Notes under the pieces: generated by a model | What the model saw: only the letters and a program-made list of their open reading frames with translations | Told to the model about the DNA's origin: nothing | Databases searched by the model: none | Origin: the human T2T-CHM13v2.0 reference genome, Homo sapiens | Length of the DNA: 64,000 bases | Assembly: GCF_009914755.1 (NCBI RefSeq) | Contig: NC_060944.1 | Reading direction: 5' to 3' (one strand) | Made by a program: the position numbers and the translations under genes | Part shown: piece by piece, positions 54,395 through 64,000 of the stretch | Position numbering within the stretch: the stretch's first letter is position 1 | Layout of the letters: every line of letters begins with the position of its first letter

Positions 54395-54790
54395 AGACAC
54401 ACACACAGAGACACACAAAGGAGGGCCCCAGGCACACAGACACACAAAGAAACAGAGATGTGCACGCACACACAGACAGTGCAAACAGCACACGCCCACA
54501 TGCGTACAGCACTCACACACATGCAAACAAACCAGAGACAGACACACAACCCCACAGTGACATACACCTGGACACGCAGGCATGCAGAAAAACAGAGAAA
54601 GACATGCACAGCACACGTGGATATTTGCGGTGCAACATAGACATACACACACACTCATATATAGCCACACAGCAAAACACACAATGCATGCATACACACT
54701 CAAATGTACAAACCCATGCAAATAAATCCAAACGAATAGATACGGATCCAGAGTTACACAGATCAACACACTCCCAGGGGGACAACAGCA
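54395..54790. repeat. Degenerate CA-rich low-complexity tract
   Basis: Repeated ACACAC and CATGCA motifs. Confidence 0.75.
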
Positions 54791-55854
54791 CTCAGCTGTT
54801 AACATACCTCCAAATGAGAGTTGTCAGAATCCCCCTTCTCATCCCCATCTCCCACTCCCTCTCATTCATGGGACATTATTTAGGCCCACTCTGCACACAA
54901 CCTGGCACTGGGCCCCTGGGAGATCCCAGGGCTCTGACACAGTGGAGTAAGGGGAGGAGCAGTTCAGTCAGCCCCCGGGAACTCAGAGGCAGCTAGAATA
55001 CAGATAGGCACTGGGTTCAGGAAACCATTCCCAGAGCTGTACAAAATGGATTGCCTGGAAAGGTAGTGAGCTCCCCACCCCTGGAGGCAATCTAGTGCAA
55101 CCAAGGGTTTTGGGCATCAGATGGGAGAGTGGGTGCCAGGGGAATTGAAGGCCTTTAAAATCTATTCCAGCCCTGAGAGTCTATTTCTATCAATTCCACT
55201 GGGCTTCAAAACAGTGGTCTTCAAAATTTTTTGTATCATATTCCCTATCAGTAAAAACATTTAAAACATGTATTCCTCAATGTATGTACATTTGATACTT
55301 TTTACAAATTTTTGTATATTTCTTTGTTATGTACTTCATAGAACACATACACAAAATAGAAAAATTTGAAAAATGAGATAAAGGTACATAGATCACTACT
55401 TTAAAGGACAGGTGAAACTGAAGGGAAAGTGATATAACATTTATGAAGTCCCTCCTGTGTGCCAGACTTTTGATATATATTATGCCTTTGAATCTTCAAA
55501 TAGCTCTGTAAAGAAGCTGTCATGAGTTTTCCATTTTGCAGATGAGAAACTAAATGGCAAGACAAATAAAATCATTTCCCCACAGTCTTGCCACCTGTAG
55601 CTGCCACGGCTGGAATCTGGACCCAAGTAAGCTGGCTCCGGAGCCCACTGCCCACCCTGACCACTCCTATGTCATACAGGAAGCATGGAGCTGGGGAAAG
55701 ACCCATTTGGTTTTTGGGGGCAACAGGCTGAGTGGAGGGGCTGCACGATTTGTCAAGAGCCCTGAATGACGGCCTTGAAGCCAAGCAGCAGGTATGATTC
55801 TCAAACCACAGGCACAGTTGGGCCAGATGTGGCCATTTCTTTCCTTTAAATCTT

Positions 55855-55990
55855 CACTGCTCAGAGTGCAGTCCAGGGACCAGCAGCTTCAACCTCACCT
55901 GGAAGTTTATCAGAAATGCAGAATCTTGGCCCCGCTACAAACCTACTAAGTCAGAATCTGCATTTAGCAAGAATAAAGTTTGAGAAGCCT
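55855..55990. mobile_element. MER5A-type MITE
   Basis: CAGGGACCAGCAGC..AGAAATGCAGAATCTTGGCCCC..ACCTACTAAGTCAGAATCTGCATTTAGCAAG. Confidence 0.8.
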
Positions 55991-56109
55991 CAAATTACTT
56001 AAACTCATCTGGTCTGTGAATGTATCCCATGGGGGTGACGTGAAGCAAGCCCAACCTTGGTCATTCTTGGGGCTCTCTCCTCTCCAGAGCCTGCTCAGAT
56101 GCAGGGTCT

Positions 56110-56620
56110 TAGAGAGTCTCTGGACATTTGAGGTGGCTTCCAGGAATCTGTCCACACTGCTTGCCTGCAGCTCCTCGGCTCCTAATCCCGCAGTGGCTCC
56201 CATCTGGTTCTGAGTAAAAGCTGAAGGCCTCACCTTGGCCTGCACGGCCCAACAGACTGGACCCTGCTTCCTCTCTAACCTCATCTCCCGCCTCACTCCT
56301 GGCTAGTTTCCCGTTGCCTGGCTGCCCAGCTGCCCTTGAACTTGTCATCCCAGGGTCTTCCCGGGGTCTTTGCACTGGCCATTCCTTTCACCTGGTGTTC
56401 CTATGGCTCTCCTTCATACTTTCCTTAGGAAACTCCACTCCCTGAGTGAGACCTCCACTGCATAGAATAGCATCCCCTCCCCCCTAATTCATACATTTAT
56501 CTTTCCATCTCCTCCACTAGAATGTGAATGCCTTGAGTGCAGGAACTGTGACTATCTCATTTCCAGCATCCAGCTGAGCCCCTGGCCATAGTAGATGCTC
56601 AATAAATATCTGTTGGCTGA
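56110..56620 (+). mobile_element. L2 3' fragment
   Basis: GGTCTTTGCACTGGCCATTCC..CCACTAGAATGTGAATG..CATAGTAGATGCTCAATAAATATCTGTTG. Confidence 0.75.
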
Positions 56621-57799
56621 TGGAGGCCGTGCCCATTGTCCCACCCTAAGGGACACCCATCTCAGTCACCCTGTGGGGCTGTGGGGTCTTCCATGAGGGC
56701 AGAGGTCTTGAGACACAGTTATGGCTACCTGGAGCCACCGTGAGGCCTGCCCTGGAGGCCTTGTCCCCTCCCCAATCCTGCTGGCGTGGGGGCAGCACCC
56801 CCTGTCAGCCTGACCCCCTCCAGCTTCTCCAGTGTGCTTGCCCCCAATCTCTCCCAGTCTTTCCTGGGAATCTCTTTGGTTTTAGACTTTACTAAAGACT
56901 AAGGGGAGTTCATTTTTCTGCCTAAATCCCTGCAGTGCCTGTTTACTAAGCCCAACTATTTGCTTGAAGCTGAAGAGAAGAAACATAAAGAGGAAAAACA
57001 GACTAACATTTTCTAACTTGGCCTGTCATGCCTACAGGCCGTGAGAGCTCAGGCCACCCATTTCCCTTTCTGCGCCTCAGTCTCCTCATCTATTCCCAGA
57101 GATTCATGGGGATAGTTACCACCTTTTTTGCTGAAGAGGGAATGAGACACAGTGAGAAAGAAAACTATAATGGTGGAATTTCAAGTATGAACCAGCCAGG
57201 GTTGTAGGCGTTGGGGCAGCAGGGTGTGAGTTGGGAGTAAGGAGGGGGACTAAGGGATTTGCTATCAAAAGATCTGGGTTTATGGCCTTTCTGTGCCACT
57301 AAGTCAATATGTTGGTCAGGTAGAGCCTCTGTTTACTCATCTGTACAATAGGTATGGCACGGCTATGAGGCTCCCATCAGATACAGTCCAAAGGGCTCTG
57401 GGAGACTTCCCAATCCACTTCCCTCCTTGCTCCAGCAGCAGTGGCAGCATGAAGGCTGGTGTGGCCAACTGCTACCCAGAGGGCATGGTCCCAATCGGAA
57501 GCTGCAGCAGCAAAGACAGTGGTATGTGTTGTTTAGGCTTTCCCTGAGAGCCAAACCAGTTCCTGCCCAGGGATGGACACTTCCTTTCTCGGGTACAGGA
57601 ATGAGGCCAACTAGAGTCTTGGCTTCCCTGCCCAGGAAAGCAGCCGGGGGAGTCCAACGAGGACACCTGTTCCTTCAGGAAACCCAAGCCAAGCCAGGCC
57701 CTCGGGTGGCGGAGCCTGAGCCCCTGGATCCAGCTGCCAGTGCCCTCATGGACAGAGCTGCATCCTGCTTCCTGTTTCCTGCTTCCTGCTCCTTCTTTC

Positions 57800-58590
57800 A
57801 CTCTATCAGTAGTTTCTGCCTGAGGCCCTACTCTGTGTGGGCTCAGCTCCAGGTGCTAGGGAACAAAGGCAAAGAGCTCACATGGAGCTCAAAGATCAGT
57901 AGGAGAGCCACGCAACCAATCAAATGTATAACATTGATATGCTGTCAAGAAATGGAAATGCTATCAAAAAATAAAGTGGAGTAGGGAATAGGAAGTGATG
58001 GGACAGTTTTAGCTGAGTGGTCAGGACATGCTTCTCTGCAGAGGTGATATTTGAGCATAGACCCTAAGGAAGAGTCAGGGGCAAACTAGGCAGCTAGCTG
58101 GGGAAGAGGGTTCTTGGCACAGGGAACAGCCCGTGCAAAGGCCCTGAGGTAGGCACCTGCTGGGCATGTTCAAGGAATACTGAGATGGTGAATTAACTGG
58201 AGTGGAGTGAGCAAGGGGGAGAGTGTGGGGAGACCGGGTCAGTGAAGCAGGGGATCACAGGGGGCCTTTTGAGCTGCACTGAGAACTTCAGGTTTTACTC
58301 CAAGAGAAGGAGTGGAAGGCCATTGGGAGGCTTTTATTGAAGAAGCAACAAGGTGGGGAGTCCAGGAAGTACGGAGCCAGTGAGGAAGTGACTGCACTAA
58401 TCCAGGTGAGAAATGAAGGTACTGGGACCGGAGTGTGATGCAGGTGGGAAGGAGTGGTTGGATTCTGGGTTTATTTTGAAGGTAGAGCCAAGAGGATTGG
58501 CTGGCAGGGAAGGAAGAGAAAGAGATAAGTCAAGGAGGGCACCAAGGTATTTTGCCTGAGGAACTGCACGAACAGACTGAGATGGAGCAG
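57800..58590 (-). mobile_element. L2 fragment
   Basis: GCAGAGGTGATATTTGAGCATAGACC..GGAACAGCCCGTGCAAAGGCCCTGAGG..GGATTCTGGGTTTATTTTGAAGGTAGAGCC. Confidence 0.8.
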
Positions 58591-59739
58591 GCAACAAACA
58601 TCATTCTCAGCTGCCATGCGTTGGTGCATATTTTCTCTGTCTCTCTCTCTCGTCTCTGTCTCTCGCTCTCCTCTTTATGCATTAATCCTGCCCTCACCTA
58701 TTTTCAGATGAGAAAACTGAGGCTGAGACCCACTCGAGATCACACACATAGTGAGGGGCAGCGCCTGGAATTGCATGCATATCTCTTAGCCACTGAGCTA
58801 CACTGTCCCATCAGAACTGGAGTTAGGGTCATCTGTTCATTCCTTATTTCATCCACCAGATCCTTGTGTGTCTAAGACCTTTTAGCAGGTCTGGTGCTGG
58901 GCACCTGAGAAGGACGTGGAAACCATCAGGACCTGGAAATCATCAAGCCAACACCTCAGTAGTGATGGAAACCCAGAGAGGGCACTGTGGGGCATCCCAA
59001 GCTCATCCTAAGCAAGTAGAAGTCAGAATGTGCAGAGGTCGGGAGCAGGGGATAGGGAATGAGAGCTCCTGGATTCAAAGCCTGGCTCTGGAGCTCTCAA
59101 GGTGTGGGCTCTTGGACAAGCTCCTTAAGTTCTCTGTGCCTCAGTTTTCTCATCTGTGAAATGGGGATAAGAATTGTGTCCACGTAAGATAATCACAGGG
59201 AGGCATCATGAGATAATGTGCTGAAACCCTTCAGGCCTGGGGCTTAACACACACTCCTATGTTTACCTGTGATTAGTACTATTAGGCAGTCAGCACTCAA
59301 ACCCAGGTCTCTCCGTGATGGCTGAGGCAATCAGCTCTCTGCCCCTGCAACACCACCAGTACACCCACCCAGAGGTGTTGGGGAGGGCTCAGCTCTGGGT
59401 GGAGCTAGATCCCCAGAGCCTGAGAACAGTGTTTAGGGCCCGACAGTGTGGTCCCACCCCTTATGGGCTCCTATGAGCTGCCTGCCTGCCTGCCGAGTTG
59501 CTCAATCACTGACTTCCCCAGGAAAGCACTAATTACAGCAAAGCTCCCCTGGGTTCAGTGATCTGTCACAGCCCCTAGGCATCAGAGCACTGGCTACAGT
59601 CTCTACAGCAAGCGCTGTCCTGCCCTCTGCCTTCGCCCTAAGGGGAGGACAGAAACCACAGGGATGGACAGACTAACCAACACGGAAACTGGGGCCAGGC
59701 TTACAAAGGAGTCTCACCTTGGCTTGAATGGCAGTCTAT

Positions 59740-59925
59740 TCAGCGGTTCTCAAAGTGTGATCCCTGAATCAGTAGCGTCAGTATCACCTGGGACCTTGTT
59801 AGAAATGCAGATTTTCAGACCTTACCTAAGGCCTACTGAATCAGACACTCCATGGCTAGGGCCCTGGAATCAGTGTTTTAACAATCCCTCCAGGGGCTAT
59901 TGGTATCAGCTCACGTTGTAGAACC
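59740..59925. mobile_element. MER5A MITE
   Basis: CAGCGGTTCTCAAAGTGTGATCCC..TTGTTAGAAATGCAGATT..CCTACTGAATCAGACACTC..GTGTTTTAACAATCCCTCCAGG. Confidence 0.88.
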
Positions 59926-59935
59926 AAAGCTCTGA

Positions 59936-60289
<354 letters not shown>

Positions 60290-61879
60290 TGACAACCTAT
60301 TGTTTACTGTTAAAGACCCTGGAGCTACAGCTCTGGGACAAAACAATGGCAGCGGCCAACACTTAACCGATATTAACTCATTTAACCCTCACAAGAAACC
60401 TTTCAGGTAAGGTCCTATCATTACCCCGAAGGAAGCACAGATCATCAAAATAACTTGCCCCACGGGGCTAGTCTGAGAGACCGCTGGAGTGCAAGCCACT
60501 AGGATAAACTGACCTGGAGCTAGTTAGGGAGACAGACAAAATGCAGTGGAGACACACAATATTAGCAGGTCGTGATGCATGCTATGAAGATAAAATAGGG
60601 AAGAGGGTAGGGCATATTGGGCAGGCGTGAGGGTGACTACTTTAACAGGGTGGTCTGGCAAGGCCTCTCAAGGAGGTGGCGTGTGAGCAGAGGCCTCCTG
60701 AAGTCTCAGCTGCCTCATCTGTAGAATGAGGGAATGATTAGCTCACCCCCCCAGGTGTGGTATGAATGTCACAAGTCTGTAAAGCATAGTAGCTGCTGAA
60801 CAGATGGGAATTGTTACTGTTTGGAAAACTGAGTTCAAATCCTGACTGGTCTGGCCACCCAGACAAAGGGCCTGTTGTGAACCTTGGAGATTACCCTTAC
60901 TCTGTAAGGGCCGGAGGACATAGCAGGGGCTCGGTAAGGTCACTCCCATCTCCCATCCCCCCAACCCCACTTGCCTTCCAGCCTGGTGAGCAGCAACTCT
61001 TGGGGCAGTTGGTTCCCTGGTCCAGGCTGCCCAGGAGTCCGTGCTGTTTTTATTTTTATTGTTCTGGCTTCACAGCTGAGACCTCTAACTCCAAATGGCT
61101 CTTCTTGCCCAGAAAAATAGGTCGTTGGCAGCTCCAGCCTCCTGGCAGGCCTGCCTGCTGACGCCAGCCCAGGGTTACGGGAAGTGGGGAGCAGAGCGCG
61201 GGCAGGGCTGGAACCAGGTGAAGCTGGGCTGTGCAGGTGCCAGCGTGCCCCACAGGGTGGCCCTGGTCAAGTCGTGTTCTGTCTCTCAGTGTGTTTCCTC
61301 ACCTCTGGGAACACCGCGGAGTTGCTGAGGCTTCAGTGAGATAATGTATCTCAAAGGACCTAGAACACACAAGGGTGTCATCTACCCCCCTGCAAAGGCC
61401 AAACTCCAGATAGGCCCTGCCATGCCATCGTGGCTGCTTTCACATCCTTGTCACTACTGACCCCTCGTATCAGAGTTTGTTATCCCTATTTCACAGATGA
61501 AAAGACTGAGGCTCAATTTTTTTTTTTGCCCAAGTTGCATAAGTCAAATTGGCAAAATCTTGGCTTCCAAGCCCCTGATCCTCTCCTTCTCATGCCCATT
61601 TGTCTTCTTCCCTTGACAACAGGGAAGGAATGTGATCTGACTTCTGTGCAAGGATTCCTCGGGCTGGTGAGTGAGGAATCGACAGAAGGCACAAGGTGGA
61701 AATAGGGCGCCCAGGTGAGAGCGGTGGAGGCTCAGACGAGGGCGGAAGCAGCGGAGGCGCTGAGAAGTGGTTTGGCTCTGGTTGTGATGAGAAGGCCCAG
61801 CAGGCAGGATTTGCTGACAGATTGTGCCCTCTAGGAGTAAGAGGAAGAGTCAAGCAGCAAAAGCAGGGATGCAACCACC

Positions 61880-62170
61880 CCTGGCTTCCCATCTCACCTC
61901 CTCGGTGAGACCTTCCTTGATCCGTTTTCAAAATTGCAATCTATCCCTCTCATCAGCACTCCTGGGCCTCTTCCCTGGCTAATTCCCCCCACCCCGTAGC
62001 ACCTGTCCCATTTGACAAACTAAATAATTTACTTATCTTATCGGTTCGTTTCCTCCCACTAGAATGTCAGCTTCTTGAGGGCAGAGATTTTTATCTGTTT
62101 TCCAGCTGTTGCATTCCCAGTGCCTGGCACCTAGCAGATGCTTAATACTGTTGAGTGCGTGAGTGAACAT
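61880..62170 (+). mobile_element. L2 3' end
   Basis: CTCCCACTAGAATGTCAGCTTCTTGAGGGCAGAGATTTT..GTGCCTGGCACCTAGCAGATGCTTAATA. Confidence 0.75.
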
Positions 62171-63329
62171 GTGTGAAGGCAGTTAGATTTTAACGCAGGG
62201 CAGCACAGACCTCCTGCTGTGCGGGTGGCTGATTCATGTCAATTATCTGCCATAATCTCTCTGTGTGGCCTCAGACAAGTTGCCCCTCACATCAGTCTAC
62301 CCATGGCCCGTGGGTCTCAATGGCTTCTCAGCCTTGAGGTTGGCCAAGGATGATTTTTATGTGGACAGAGAACAAGGGTCAGGGCCCCCTCCAGGGGGAG
62401 AGGTGAGGGAAGCCCTGCTGAGCGCCTTTGCCAAAGGTGCTATATATAAATAGCAGGTGGTTCAATTATTATCCTTCCCTAATCTCCAGTTTCCTAATCC
62501 CCCAGCAGGTTTGTGAGTGTGTATGTGTCTTGAGGAACAGTGAACAGCAGAGCCTTCTGGAAGTCCAGGGCAGGAGGCTGCCTCTTCTCTGACTTCATCA
62601 GCAGCCCCCATCTCCACTCCCACCCCAGATGGAGTCTGGTGACAGATTTTCCCAGGAGCCTCCCTGGTTACCTTCATGGTCTAGACCCGATGTGGCCTGA
62701 AGAGTTGGAGACCTTCCCTGCACCCACCTCAGATACCAGGATAACCCCAGAACAATCTTTCTCATTGGTGCCCAATTCCACGCTCCTCTCTCTCCAGTCC
62801 ACCCTCCGCTTGCAGACTGGCCTTTTAGACACATAAATCAGACATGGCCCTCCCGTGCTGAAAACCCTCTAGGGGTCTCCCAACTGCAGAATAAACGCAG
62901 GCTCTTTACCCAGGTCTTGGAGACCATCCCACCCTCCCCAGTCCTGCATACTGCGCTTTCTCTCCTCCGGCCTAGCCACCTGGGGCCTTCCCCTCCTTGT
63001 GCTGGGCCCTCTTCCTGGAACACCTTTCTCCCCAAATCTTCGCCTTGCTGACCCTACTTGTGATTCAGCAACCCATGTCTCAGGGAGGTCTTACTGGCCC
63101 CCTTATCTAAATACGCTCACCCCTCTCCTTCTCTAAGTTCAATCTTCCGTTCTTCATTAATTATTTCTACTTGTCCACTTACCTGTCTCCCCTAGTAGAA
63201 TATAAATTCCTCATGGACAGGGACCTCGTGCTCTCCCACACCCAGAGAAATGAAAATTCCCTTGCACTTCAAATGCTGCCCAGAACCCTGTGGGTTCTCA
63301 AGGACTGTTGTCAAACACTTCACTTATTT

Positions 63330-63530
63330 ATCAAATGCTTATGTTGCACTTGGTATGTGCTAGGCTCTTTTTAACATGTCTTACAAATATTAACTCATCA
63401 AATCCTCACAATTGAGACTCACGCTGGCCTCGTCTCAGATGAAGAAGCTGAGGCACAGAAGAGGTAAGGCACTTTCCAGTCCACCCAGCTCATAACAGTA
63501 GCCGGGGGATTTGAACCCACGGAGTTCAGC
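63330..63530 (-). mobile_element. MIR
   Basis: ATGTGCTAGGC..AATCCTCACAA..CAGATGAAGAAGCTGAGGCACAGA..GGGATTTGAACCC. Confidence 0.8.
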
Positions 63531-64000
63531 CCATGTTCTCAAGTGTGGCACCTTCCCTGCCCCCCTGCACAACAGCAGGGCCATGCCTTCACCAGGAGGC
63601 TCGGGGCAGGAGGGGAGGCAGTGGTGTTACTTTGCACAGGTCTTTAACCTGGGAATCAGGAATTCAAATCTTGTTTCTACCCCAAGCTTTGCTGTGTGGC
63701 CTTAAGCAAACCTATTCCCTCTCCGGGCCTCAACTTTCTGTCCATTTACAGGGTTGGGCCTTCTCTCACCTTGTGTCATTCCTGTCCTCTTAACCGCCAC
63801 TGTGTGAACCAAAATTCTCTCCCATTAGCAGCGGGGTCTTGAACTTGTGTTCCTCCCACAGTGCGGAGCCTTCTGCCAGGTGACCACGACACTGGCACTC
63901 CCCATCACTGACCTGGCTACTACAGGAACGGCGTTCCCTCCGGGAAAACCGGGGTTCTGTCCTCTCCAACTCCAGGCCTCTGGCCCCGGCTCCCCTTCCC

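Overview
Primate (most likely human or great ape) non-coding genomic DNA. It carries Alu, L1PA, THE1 and MST elements on a dense background of ancient MIR, L2, MER5 and MLT1/LTR16-type repeats. I see no credible protein-coding exon, RNA gene or CRISPR array. The dominant feature is a ~14-kb minisatellite (33482-47430, about 1,000 copies of a 14-bp unit GT[G/A]TCCA[T/C]CCCCC[C/T]) that interrupts the 3' part of an L2 element. This array has no stop codon in any of the six frames, has kb-scale higher-order block duplications, contains many exact PRDM9-type CCNCCNTNNCCNC motifs, and has G4/i-motif potential. Two apparent template-switch fossils are also visible: a ~350-bp three-donor templated insertion inside an MLT1 LTR (26154-26510) and a local inverted copy of part of an Alu (6315-6434). 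Repeat-family calls were made by eye from remembered consensus sequences, so subfamily names and most boundaries are approximate.
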